Of a stretch of DNA of 51,171 nt, positions 28,701 through 41,400 are shown one piece after another. Made by a program: the position numbers and the translations under genes. Source of the DNA: Catajapyx aquilonaris. Taxonomy: Eukaryota. The stretch is from contig JYFJ02002773.1 in NCBI GenBank assembly GCA_000934665.2, positions 1 to 51,171 of the forward strand, written 5' to 3'. The notes under the pieces were generated by a model. The model was not told the origin of the DNA and did no database searches. It saw only the letters and a list, made by a program, of their open reading frames with translations. How positions within the stretch are numbered: the first letter of the stretch is position 1; each line of letters opens with the position of its first letter.

Positions 28701-31700
28701 CAGAAAGAGAGCATAAAACGCGCACAGTGTATAAATCAAGACTTTTATTGGCAGTATCGCTTTTGCAGGGAGCATATATCTTGACCTATTTTATGGAAAT
28801 CCGGAGGAATTATCGATTCAGGTTCACAAACCTCAAACGTGCGCTTCTGTTCGTGTAACGCAATTTTACGGCCTGTTTTAAGCGGGTGTTTTAAACCATT
28901 TTACATGCAGTGTCATCCCGAGTCTAAAAATAATCGGATTGAAAATCCGCAACTTTTATTGGGCAATACAACTCTTGTGTACGTGATGTGATTGTAGATA
29001 AACCAGGTGCAATGTGTCAAAGTTATTAACTTTGACTAATGTGCGCAGTTATTTTCCAAATAATGGCCATGGCCAAACATGCGTTATGCCACATCCATGC
29101 TCGCATTCTGAACAGGAAAAAGGACCAGTGGTTTCGACGTGGAGCTGTTGCTATTGTAATACATGCTATTGAATGTAATTTTTAATTTATTGGCATAACA
29201 ATTGTGAAATGGGGCTTTTAACGTTGATATTTATGATTTTTCCAGCTTGATAATTCCACAACGCACTGTAATTGCCCGGAAAAATTTCATGCGGACCGGC
29301 ATTTATTTGTTGTGAAAAGGACATGCCCTGTAATAAAAATGGGGTGCTTTGTAATAGTTTCAATTTTACGGCCAGTTATCTCAATATCTACTATAGGAAA
29401 ATTCCGATAGTGCATCAGAAATGTAACGTTTCATATAATATTTTTTTCAGATAATGTCGGTTTAAAAGGTCTTTTAGACTAACTGCATTATTCAGCATAC
29501 TGTATGGCATGTTTAAGTAGTAACGACTAAATAATGACAATATTCTACACATTTTAAAGTGAAGTAGCAACTCCATATAAAAAAGTGGCAAAATACATTT
29601 TACACCCAGAATTTTTTACACCTGCAGCTTTTCAGCAACAACCTCCACTAAAATTGCAGCCATCCACTGCGACCCAAATCCTTACCCAGCACCTCATTCA
29701 CAGCCCACCACTAAAATTCCACCTCCAGAAAAGGCAAAAGGTACTACCCCCATGAAGAACCAGAGGGCCACCCCAAAGCCCCCCTATGCATATAGAGTAT
29801 GTAAGCAGCCAGCCAGCATGCCAATCTGGAAATTCCACTACCGCAGCTCCGTAATAAAAACCTCCGACTCCCGTTACAGTTCCCCTGAATCCATCCCTTA
29901 ATAAACAGGCGGATATAACCTGCAACTGACACCCCCCTCAGGCACTTGAACCAAGTGGCACATCACCCATCAGGCCCTCATAACGACTAACCCCTCTTCT
30001 GCTCCAAAAGGTTCCCTCTGATAATTCTCTACCCAATGGGGAAAAAGCCCTAGTAATTTCCATGTGCAGAAAATTCCATTGATGTCTCCAGTCTATCTGG
30101 TCCTGGGTGACGTCAAACAGAGCCTTGGGTGGGGTATAGTCCTTGACGTCAAATGTTGTGTGGGGGGGGGGGGAGGCTCCCTTTAAAGCGGTGTGTGGAG
30201 GCTGCGAGTCACGTCCTGGACCTATGGCGAACATGGCATGGGGGATGTGTAACACAATTGCTGTCGAGAGAGGGATGAAAGCAAGGAAGAAGGCTATGTC
30301 GGCAAAAGGGGGTGGTAGGGGGGGCCATTGTGTTTCGAGACAAGTATCTCGTTTTCGGAAGAGAGGGAAATGCAAATTTCGAAGCTGGAGGGTCCCAACC
30401 CAGGAGGTTGTAAAATGTGAGCCGTGGTCATGATTTGTGGAGTACTACGAGAGAAGGGCTTGGGATTTACAGGTGGAATATTGTAGTACGTAACGTACGT
30501 GTGGATTCTAAAGAGAAAGCAGTCATTTCTCTTATTTTAAATTCATATTTAATTTAAAAAATTAATTGCATCCAGCTTGTGACTACATCACACCATACAT
30601 ATTGGTTTCTATTACAGACATTCAAAAGATTGCCCTCACTGTGCTGGTGGAATGTTTCTGTGAGTTCAACTCGATTTTGTAAAATGGTGATGTCCTTATC
30701 TTCAAACCGCATTATCTGGTGGATGCATGCGGGCCAGGAAATTTGGTAACTGAGTTTGAATTTCCGGGTAGTTTGTCCGTTAGAACAGGCTGGAGCAAAT
30801 TGCAACTCAGGCAACATGCAAAATCCCTTCGTATGTACCTGGAACTATAGTTTGGGGATTAAATCTGGTTTTTTTTGTAGCATACTTTTCAGACTCAGAA
30901 TCTGGGAAGATATGCATCTGAATAATAAATTATAAGTGCTGTCCCGCAATATTAATATTTCAGCACATGCAAGTGCAAACAGGTAGTTATAATAATTGTT
31001 ACAAAGGCTTACCACCGCACTGGCAACCTAGCAGAAACTTGTTATTTCAATTTTAATAGCCTGCAGAGCAATTATAATGACTTGAGAGTGTACTTAACAT
31101 TATAAATGATAATTTAAGCCGCGAGTAATGTTGTGGAACTGGAGCAATATACACATGAAAACTTGATGCTTCTAAACAGCTCATGTAAAGTTGGAGCTTT
31201 TGCACATTGAAAAGTATAGAGTAACATGCCCTTATGCAGGCGCGTTTGAAGTATAACCCGTGACCTGAGTTTGCACTTAGGAATACCAGTTGCACTCTTT
31301 GAATCGGGAGCAGAAAAGTTAAGCTTTACACTATATAGCTCGTTTTCAAAAAACTTTTTCCTTCAGACCTATATACGGTAATACTGCATTTGAAAAGGAG
31401 TTGAAAGGCCGCGGGAGGAGAAGAGAGAGAAAAAGTTCTAAAATGCGTCTCAAGTTTGCTCAAACGTCTTCCATCACGAACGTATCGTAATCGTCGACAC
31501 CATCCATCTCAGGCCCTAAAGTGGTGCAGGATAAAAAATTTTCTTCCAGCTGAAGAGACACCGACATCGATTCAGACATATGTAGCAAGGACGCCATTTG
31601 TACCAACCAGACCGGGTTTGATATCTTCTCTTCAAATCCGTTACGGACGACATCCCAATCTTCACACATATATGGTCAGCCATAACTTACATACACCTAC

Positions 31701-34700
31701 ATTATTTTATCGACATTATCAAGTTTACCGTAACAATATGAGTGATGAACCACCGCTATTATAGCGTAATCGTTGTGCTGCTTTGATGATTGATGATTGT
31801 ATGTCTTATCAGTAATGAGGTATATGCCACAGTTCACATAATCTGAAGCAAACATAGCACAAGGGGGGTGTCGACAAGGCTGACATTCTAGTCATATCCA
31901 CAGACATTCATATCTGAGACCCCCTGCCACGTTCAGCCCAACTTCTATCCCAAGCTGTCTCTGCCATTATGAAGGAATGACAAAATTGGCAAAAAAAGAG
32001 GTCGACCTTTCCTCATCCCCCCTTCCCCCTTCCAAAAAAAAAAAAAAAGGAATCGAAGGATTTGGAGGGGTGGAAAAAAGAAGTGGAAAACCCATGAAAG
32101 TCGATTCAGAAGCAACTAAGCGAACGATTCTGTTGCCAGGAGACGCATCTTGGTGCTCCCCATGTTTTTTTTTGTTACGGGCATCTAAACACCCTCAGCA
32201 CTTTGCTGACTTGATAAACGAATAGTGTTTTCCAATAGGCCACGTTCTGAGGGTGTACCAATAGCCCGAAACTGTAATCAGCAAAATACAGTAGCCTAAT
32301 TAAAAGTAATCACGGCCCGATTAGCAGGCCATTGTGCTGGCATGAATCAAAAGCACAACTTCCACGTAATGAGAGTCAATTGAGGAAAATCGCCTCTAAT
32401 TGCTCCTTCATCACTATCGACTTATGTGTCATTTTTGCTCGGTTGTTAAAATGATGTCCTCTTCTCTGCAGGGGGTTAACGGACTTATATAACTCTCTCT
32501 ATGATTTGATGGCCATTTCTCACGTTCTAGACTCGTGCCTAAAGGCATATTGATGAAATAGACTACTGTGCGCAGGTGTGAATTATAGAGAGGTCTATAA
32601 AACGAGCATGAAAAAGTTATTTGAGAAAATGGGGGCATTTATTTCACGCTCAGTACACTGTTTCAATGATCAAGACGGTATATCGATGAGGGTTCTTTAT
32701 CAAACTCAGCTGAATCTAACGGCCATATGGTTCTTTTCTCATGGATAAAAGGGCCTTACTCCAATGGAAAATTTTTCCCCAGTTGGGCGACACTACTATT
32801 CTGCACCTAAATTGTGAAATTCTCACAAAAATTGCATTAGTCTATCATGGCATACCATTAATGGAAGTCTCGCATTATGTATTGCGAATGAGCATTATTG
32901 GAAAATATTTCCCCAATTGTGCTCATTCAACTGGGTTCGTACAGTACAGCTGGGTCTAACAGTACCCCCTCCAAAAAAACAACAAAAATGTGTTACATCC
33001 CTCAAACCACGCTCTGTTGTTATGTCGGTCCTAGGACCACTACAAGTAAATCCTTCCTTGCTTGTTTCTGAATCCTCCCTTCGAGGCAGTTGAACATTTC
33101 GCTTCGACAGACCCCCCAAAACAGGGGACGGCTAAGCAGCACAGAACCTTAATTACCACAAAGATTGTACCCCCCAAAAAATCAACTCCTCCCTCGTCAG
33201 TTCAGGACGACTGTAAACCATTTCCTAGCAACGTGGCACTTTGTCTCATTATGCAAATGTGCGGACCGTGACAGTTACGTTTCCGAGCGGTTTTCATCTG
33301 GAAATCGCAAGTTACAATTGTCCTGCCAGATTTTCGGCTTCATTTCAGTTCGCGGTTCAACATGGTGGGGCTAGATTTTCAACATTCCAGCGAAAATTTT
33401 TGGAACCCAACTTTTTTTTTTTAAAAAAAAAAAGCTCGTTAGTCCTCGCATGACTTGATGCCTATAATCCTGTACTAGATAGCTGGACAGGAAATTGTCA
33501 TTAGGAGGGGGAATTTTTTTTTGAGGCCATAACATTAGCAGAGTATAGCTGTATAGGTGGCACTAGTGTGAGCTGAGCGCATTGATGCCACATTTGGGCC
33601 GAAAAATGATGCTGCAGTCCAGGGGAATGGCTGCCGAAAGAAATTCTCCCCCATCCCTGGAATCTTTTCACATAATCCCTGGAGTCTCATTATCCAGGGG
33701 GAAGGGGAAGGACTATAGTGGGCGGGAATGGTGGGGTGGAAATATACAAATCCCCTGGACGACTGTTTTGGGCCGAAATGAGTTTTCTTCCGGATTTCCG
33801 CAGAGGCTGTCCCCCCGGAGTCTCAAGGTTCCATGGGAAATGGGGAAGAAAGCAAGTCTAATGTAAAACCGATGGACCTTGCCAACTTTTCGGCGCCTAC
33901 AGGATGGTAAAATAGGAGGAGTGGCACGGTAGAAGAAAAATAAAGTTTGCTTACTCTTTACCAATACGTTTTTTATAGTCGTATTTTTTTTCACTGTCCT
34001 ATTTTTCCGGACGTGCGTAAGGCTCTTATGAGAATGGACAGCGTAGGAGACAGGACTCTTTTGTTCGAAAGTTATGACGTCAGAAAAGTTCGGGCTCCAG
34101 TTTCCAATGACTGCGCACTTCAACTAACGAAGCGAATAAGATCTGACGTTCTGTGTAAGGTGAATCGATGAGACGAAACTTTCTCGGCGAATTTGGGGGA
34201 CCCCAGCGCACATCCCTTTCATTGTTGCTGAAATAGTATTATGTCACAGAAATAGACAGGATTCACTAGTTTTCTGCTCAATTTACAAGACACTCAAATT
34301 AAATTATAGTCTGCAACAGGCAAATATTATTGCGACACATGTAAGGCACCTGTAGCAAGTTCACGCTTCGTTTGACCCCGCTTCAAAACTATTGGCTTTC
34401 GTCATGCAGCTACAACTCACCTATTCGTCGCGGCTGTCGACACAATAATCAAGTTATAGCACAATGCCTCGTTCTGTCCATCACCACACTCGCTTTTTTA
34501 TGGAAATGCCCCCTCATATTCATAATCTCATTGGATAGTGTGACGGGCATAGGGTCTTTGTTGTTCTCCCAGCATGCAGCAGCAGCACACACACAAAAAA
34601 ATGGTAAAATATTGACCCAAGTCCAGGGGTGGCAAATGCCCTCTCGTTAACGGCTGATTTCCCAATACCCCTCCGTTTTAGCCCACAAATGAAACGTATT

Positions 34701-35182
34701 GTTCCAACATGGTTGGTTTCCCCAAATCGGAGGATGTTTATGGAATGGCTTTCGCTCGCAATTATTCTTGCACAGCGGCTGCAAAATTTCCGATTCGCAC
34801 GCTCACTTCTGCCTCCCCGACCACCAGAAATCTCAATTGCCAATGTTACCCACCCCTCGCGAATTACCACCTCACTCCCCGCCATAACTCATTTGAAATT
34901 CTGCCACTGCTCCGGGAACAGAAACCGCGATAAAAGTTTTGCAAGAGGTACCGCTAGGCTGTACTACCCCTCGAAACGGAGTTCTATAGTAATTTGGTGC
35001 GTGTTTCTGATTGGGGACGAGTTTTATAGTTCTCCTTTTATGTGTTTTGGCAGGGTCGCATCGCTCGCAAGCAGAAAGGAACCAAGGAGTTTAGCAAGAG
35101 ATCGGCTGAGGAGTCGTTTCGCAGCTTGGTGAAAACCCACGAAAAGTACGGATGGGTCACGCCTCCATTGGCCGACGGGTAA
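25742..35182 (+). CDS. UBE2QL1: Ubiquitin-conjugating enzyme E2 Q-like 1 (UBE2Q family), 2 coding exons, 308 aa
   Basis: join(25742-26539,35054-35182). Exon 1 encodes [76 protein letters not shown], with catalytic Cys TGT at 26447-26449 and donor CAG|GTAAGC at 26540. Exon 2 follows acceptor TTTTGGCAG and encodes GRIARKQKGTKEFSKRSAEESFRSLVKTHEKYGWVTPPLADG*, the characteristic UBE2QL1 C-terminus. An acceptor at 25701-25702 implies an upstream exon. Confidence 0.95.
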
Positions 35183-35268
35183 TCATCATCTGCGTCATTG
35201 CGGTCAAGTAAGTTCACCTTTTCTTATCTATAGTGTGCTCAAAAAGTGCGCAGTTTCTATTACCAATA

Positions 35269-35419
35269 AGAGCTACCCTCACAGAACAGTGATTGGGTAG
35301 AGCTAACTGTGAGGAGCAGTGATTGGGTAGAGCCAACTGTGAGGAGCACTGATTGGGTAGAGCCAACTGTGAGGAACACTGATTGGGTAGAGCCACCCTA
35401 TGAGAAGCAGTGATTGGTT
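35269..35419. repeat. 30-bp minisatellite, about 5 copies
   Basis: Unit approximately AGAGCCAACTGTGAGGAGCACTGATTGGGT, starting at 35269, 35299, 35329, 35359 and 35389. Begins 87 nt after the UBE2QL1 stop and ends before AATAAA at 35469-35474. Confidence 0.93.
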
Positions 35420-36460
35420 GAAAAACTCAGTCGCATGCTCCTCTCAACCGCCTTGAGAAAAAGCTAGCAATAAAAAGAAAAGTATCATGTCTCTGTCGGT
35501 GTAATAATGCTAATGAAAAGTTACTCCAAACTTGCTCGCCTAGGCCTATTTCCTCCTTCCTCCCTCCTCCTACCCGCATCTTCAAAGCCTCCAATTTATC
35601 TTGTCATATTCGCGACAAATTGCTTTCCAACTTTGCTAGGGCTGGCTCCCGGCGATATGTCTTCGTCTCCGGTGCAAAAGTGTACGCCACTAACCTCGAA
35701 GATAAAGAAACGGGCTTTTTAAAAAAAATGAGGAGGTTCAAGAGAGAAGTTTAGTCCTCAAGTCCTGCGAAACTCGACACTATATGTATATCTGGCAAGC
35801 TGTTGCTCTCATCATTCCAGGATTTGGAAACACCATTGGGCTTGTGAAATAATTTACGCCGCCATTAGACTTAACGAGGCTTGGCAAGTTGAGTGGGTGT
35901 GCCCAGTCCTCCTTTGTGCGGTTCGCTTCCAAAATTCCAGCCTCATTTGTATGGAACGTTATATTCCACTGAGAACGGTTAGCTGCTGGTCCGAAAATCG
36001 GTATAATTAAGTGCGCGTTTGGGGAAATATTTAAACGGTGGTTCTTGTATTTTGCTGGAAATTGTGAAAGGACTTTGGAGTGAAGTGCATGCAACAATAT
36101 TGTTAGGTGAAAGGTACTTGACAAATGCTCATCAACACAAGGACTTGAATTCAATGGTCTAAAAAAGTTGGTCTGTACCCAAAGTCGGTTCAAATGGGTT
36201 GAACGGGTTTTAACCCTTGACCTTTGATAGTGACGGGCAATGTTCGTATGGATGAGTCGGAGAGTATGCCAAGTTCGGAAACTGTACAAAATGAAGTCAT
36301 TTGATTTAATCAGCCCAAAATGCGGATTAAAACCAAAAAGTTTGGGAGCCTAGCTTAACGTCACTGTGCGTGACATGGAGGTAGAATAGTCTATAAAATC
36401 TGACAGATGTGACGCTAAAATAATCCCACAAATTGTCATAATGCTGTTCTGTTGCACATA

Positions 36461-36501
36461 GCAACAGACGCATTGTACAGTATGCCCAATGCGTCTGTTG
36501 C
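36461..36501. repeat. Inverted repeat with perfect 15-bp arms and 11-nt loop
   Basis: GCAACAGACGCATTG-tacagtatgcc-CAATGCGTCTGTTGC. Confidence 0.92.
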
Positions 36502-38334
36502 ATACTCCTTCATCCACACGAGATTAGTGTGCTCAGAGGCAGACGAAACTGTAATCAAATTGAGTCACGCTCGTAACTGTAATGAATAGCAAATTTTTAA
36601 AAAACTAGGTACACTGTACTCTAATTTAGCGTAACGCCTCTACATCTACCTGATTACAAAGCTGAACCATGAGCATGTTCACGCCTGAACCCCTCCTACA
36701 AAAGACCCAATGTTGAAACAAACCATGTATAAACCCCAGCTTAGCCTCAAGACCGGAACTGCAGCTCCTTTCCTGTCTCCTACACCAGGTCTTACAAAAT
36801 AACAATGGTCCGCCTTGAATCTTGGATGAGCCCATATACTTAATTCATCCCCTTACTTGCAGCTACGAATTAAATGGGGTGTACGTCGCATAGGCTGTAT
36901 TCAGAAGACGTGCTTTCTCCAGCAAACTATCCAACTATGTCCAGGAAAGCCTCAGGATAATGACCTATTGTTATTTGGATGTTGGACAAACAATTCGCAC
37001 TCAATGTCACCTTGCTAGAGTGCTGTGTCCCACACTTTTTTCTTTCCTCTTGAATGTGGTAAAGGGGGTGTCGATAGAGGGAAAAGTGATGCTGTGTATT
37101 CGTATCCTTGCTCCGCAGCCGTAATCAACAGCGGTTGCTGGGAATTATCGACCCGGTAAAAAGCAAACTTGCGCTTCTTTATCTACCGGGGAAGCTTCAC
37201 GGTTAATTTCAGTGCGTGGATTACACATCTGGGTGCAGCTGAGATGAAATCATGCCCTTGGTTTCCAAATGCCATGGTATACACTTTGTTGAATTTTTGA
37301 TACAGTCCGGCTCAAAAAGGGCTTTGTGCATACTGAAGGTAATCAGTTGAAAGGTATATGCAACACCATTTTTAAAGCTGTGTGACAACTGTTTCAATTA
37401 GGCCCAATGAGCAAGCAGTGAAGACGTGAATGTTTTTTTTTTCCCCCAGATAAACAACCTCTTTCAGGAGTTGTGTGGTTTTCGACCCCGATTGAAAGGC
37501 GTGTTTTGAGGCTATAATTAGGGGGTGGGAGTTAATGAGTATGCGGCGTCTTGATTATCCCCCGTCGTTTCGAGAGCATTTCTATGCAAATTCCTGTTGT
37601 TGTGAGTCATGGAGGAAGCTCTACAAAACTTGGGCCCCGACCTTATTTTTTCCCCCACCGCTATTTTCAAACGCAACCCACGCAAGCCTATAACAATAGT
37701 TGGTTTTGCTTGTCAGAACACCAAGCCTCCTGATGTGTGTTCATAACCAGCAATGTTGCAACTTTGCTAATTAACAATTGAATCACTACAGCTCACTCTC
37801 TATAAGTATAATAGCTGAATAATTCAAATCAACATTATTTTACTCACTTTAAAACAATTTTAGCTTAAAAGCTCCCTTAATTTTCTCTCTCGTCATCGCA
37901 AGAAAACAATCTCGAAACGCCAGTTAGCTGCGATTGAAGCACCCCAGAAGAATCCAGCGAATTTCTTCCACTATTACAACTGCAAGACACTTCCTCCCAT
38001 TCATGTAATGAAGTCGCTTGCCGCCTCGTTGAATTCGGAACACGATTAACCCTCGCACGGAGTGAATTTCCCCTGAGGAAGAAAAAAAAATAGATGCTCC
38101 TTCTACCCCTTCCCCCACCCATTTTTTTCCGGAGACACGATCTTATCACCGAGTGTACACACCGTTGTAATTCAATGGGCCCCGTTTTAAGCGCATCAAC
38201 CTGGATTGATGGACCCACGGAAATTACTAAATTTTGACGCAAATTGTAGGTTGTATGACCCATCGGAAGCCCTTGAGCGTGACTTGCTGAGAGCTGTTAT
38301 GAGATAACTAGCGCACCCGTAGCCAAAATTTGGC

Positions 38335-38420
38335 AAGGTGGCAGCACTCACCAGGGGCCCTTCCATCTTCAAGCCGCGATCAGAAGGTGGCAGCACTCGC
38401 ACCAGGGACCCTTCTCCTTC
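38335..38420. repeat. Short imperfect tandem duplication (49-nt period)
   Basis: AAGGTGGCAGCACTC(GC)ACCAGGG(G/A)CCCTTC at 38335 and 38384. Confidence 0.75.
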
Positions 38421-41400
38421 CGGAGCGTTCCAGAGGCGAAAAAAACAAGGCTATTATTATAGGGGGAATATGTCCATTAAGCCCTCCTAGGGGCGTTGAT
38501 CTTTTGGTGTTTCGCAACCATATTTGTTCAAAACTTGGTTTCATTCTAAGTTGATCCAAATATGCAGATAACTGGTCTTTTGAAATCAGGCGATTATCAG
38601 CAGACTAAGTGTGACTGTAATTCGTTGGGGATGAATTCGGATGAGACGCAGCCGCCTCGTTCTCATCTCTTTTGGATCCTACATTGCAGGAGACGAGTTT
38701 CCCAGGGAGCCAAAATCGATACTGGAGGAAAATTTCAAGCCAGGCGGGGGACCAGGGTGGGTAGGGATGGAAAGGGCTGGGGGATGTAACCCCTTACATA
38801 CATAGGTCAGCATCTGCGCCACTTGGCATTTCCTGTCAGCGCTTGGCCTTTCATGCTAAATTTTCCTAGGGAGGACCCCTCCTGAGTCCGCGAATTTTAA
38901 ACTCACAATTTGTCAGTGGCAGTGGTCCTTGCTACCTGTGGGGGATTATTAAGAAAGTTGGGCACATTTGTCAGGCTGATTCCCTAGAAGGTGGTTGATA
39001 GGAGAGGCCTCTACTTCAACTCTCAACCCTGCCACTAATTAAGTCTAATGGTCAACATGAGACAACCGGGCCTAATGAGGTTTTACCCGGAAGCTTGCGG
39101 GCTTGTCGACTTGTTTGCCGAACCTGCCCTCTATTTGTTTTGGGAGGGGGGACACTCTATCCAGGCCCTCCTTCAGGGGGATGCACTGCCGGTGACCTCT
39201 GACCATTTACGATGATTGAATCCGGACATATAAATTCTGGAAACCATTCATTTTTAAAAGGATCACGGTAAAAGTAAGGAGCATCAACCACTGTTACGTA
39301 GGATTTTCAGAATTATCATCTGTAACCCATTTTAAAATTAGGAGTAAGAGATTTAATGAATAACTTACAGTAGAGGATTTCTGCCCGATTTTCTCAATTA
39401 TCTTGAGTGTCAAAAATGTAGATAAATTACTTCACCGTCCACCTCTTTAATTCCACCTCCCTAATGTTGTAAGGCTCCGGTACTATATATGAGGGTTAAT
39501 TTTACAAGCGCTAACATATTCAAAAAGCATTTGGCCACAACAGTTAGCTACTTTTTTAATGTTCACGTTAATCCGAATAAACAGCACGGTAAACCCCGGT
39601 TTAGTGTTAATTATTTTAACGCCTCCTGTATTTTGTTTGGCCGCGAATAACCCTTCTTACACATCCCCATTAACATATTTTAATTAGCCATGGGACGCCT
39701 CTGAGATAATCAGTGACTTCCTGCTGCGATGCACGTCACGTCACGGATTACGACTTAAGTTCATTCACTCAACGAGGGTGACAAATCTTAAAGCAGCTGT
39801 GCTCCGACAATGCAAAGCGACGCTAAAACTATAATCACTGAATAAGAGGTTGGAGGTAATGACAGTTATGGCTTTGTTTTTTCCCTACCAAAAACTGCTT
39901 CCATCCGCCATAACTTTATGAGAAACCTCCCCACAAGATTGTGAAAAGAACTTGGGCCAAGTTTTCTGACGGATTAACAGCTCGGTGCTCATAAATTATG
40001 AAGAAGAATGCTAGTTGTTGGAGGCGTAATCAAGTTTCTGGCTGTGCCATGCCTTTGATGTCGGTATCGGTCAATAAGAGACGAGCCATGCCCTGGAAAT
40101 TAGACCGCCATCTGGGGATGGTGTTTATCCCTTGATGGGAAGAGCTGGCGGAGGAATTATGCTTGCTAATAAGAGAGATAAATCCGAGGTGTCTAAGGCC
40201 TCGGTGTCAGGCTTGCTATTGGCCAGACTTGGGAAAATAAAGTAATAAATTAGCGGCCTGGAGGAAAAACACGAATCAGTAATTAAAAGTTGGCAAACTG
40301 TGCCAAAGCCACGTGCAAGTCAATATTATCTGAAACTGTTTAAACATGAATTTTTAAACAGATGAAAGTTTGCTGTATGTGCACAAAAATTAACAAAATG
40401 TTCAAGTGTATCGTCCCTCACTTATCCTGACCTGTTATGCAACCATTCCGCTTTAATTGAATGACCAAAAGCATAGTGTAAAGGAGCAAAAATTTTCACC
40501 CAAAATTAACCCAAAATTTTCTTCCATTGCAGATTGTAAGGATGTGCAGCGGTGTTCAACTCAACACACCAAGCTACATGTTTGAAAAGAAAAAAAGAAA
40601 CTGGACACATTCTTCTCAGCCAACATTCCTTCAAGTCCTCGTGTGTGGTAGTCGTCGTAGTAAACCAAAAAAAAAATCCGTTTACATTGTGCTGTGAAAA
40701 ATATTTGAGACCTATGCCGGCCCAACTGTATACACACAACACAGTCATAGTTAAGCGTGTATTATTAATATCTAAACGCCAAAAAAACACACGTCCGTTT
40801 TTCATGTAAAGCTCCTTTCGCACTATGCGTTTGGTCGCAAGTCGGGGTCATTTTAGGCCACTGATTGTGTGACATTGACGCACAGTGAGAAATCCGCTTA
40901 GTATGTTAATAGGGAAGCAATTACTCGTCCTATGTGCCATCACCGGAATTCTTACATTTTTTTTGGCACTTTTTGCAGTTTATTGTCCCCCATCCCTCAC
41001 TTTTGTTTCGTCTATTTCAACGCCCGCGGTCTGGTTCAATTTAATTCACGTATCTCAGGGATGCCAAAGTCCGATTCACGTTTAATTCGCGGTCAACAAT
41101 ATAGTATCGAGTATCTTCCAACACAAAAAAAAAGTACACCCGCGCGAAAAAAATATATACGATCAGTTTTTATTGGGGGGAAAGCAGTGGTGGCAAACAA
41201 ACGTGTGCAGTGATATATCTCGAATTAAATGATGTGTGTGTGTGCTATATTGTCATAGGATATTATAGTACAACTGCCGTACATCCCGATTACTTTGTTT
41301 TTATGGGGGGGTCTTCAGTACTTTTTTCTACCATAGGCGGCGAAAATGAGCTGTGTGAATCTGCTCGTCACTTTTTTCTGTCACATCATGTCACAAACAC

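Noticed and set aside
35269..35419. CRISPR-like array
   Set aside because: Units are contiguous near-identical tandem copies with no unique spacers, in a eukaryotic context without cas genes.
37890..38048. Frame reading KRQLAAIEAPQKNPANFFHYYNCK, faintly like CR1/L2 LINE ORF2 (similar faint hint near 10030-10130, minus strand)
   Set aside because: Short and subjective, with no RT or endonuclease motifs nearby; would need TBLASTN.
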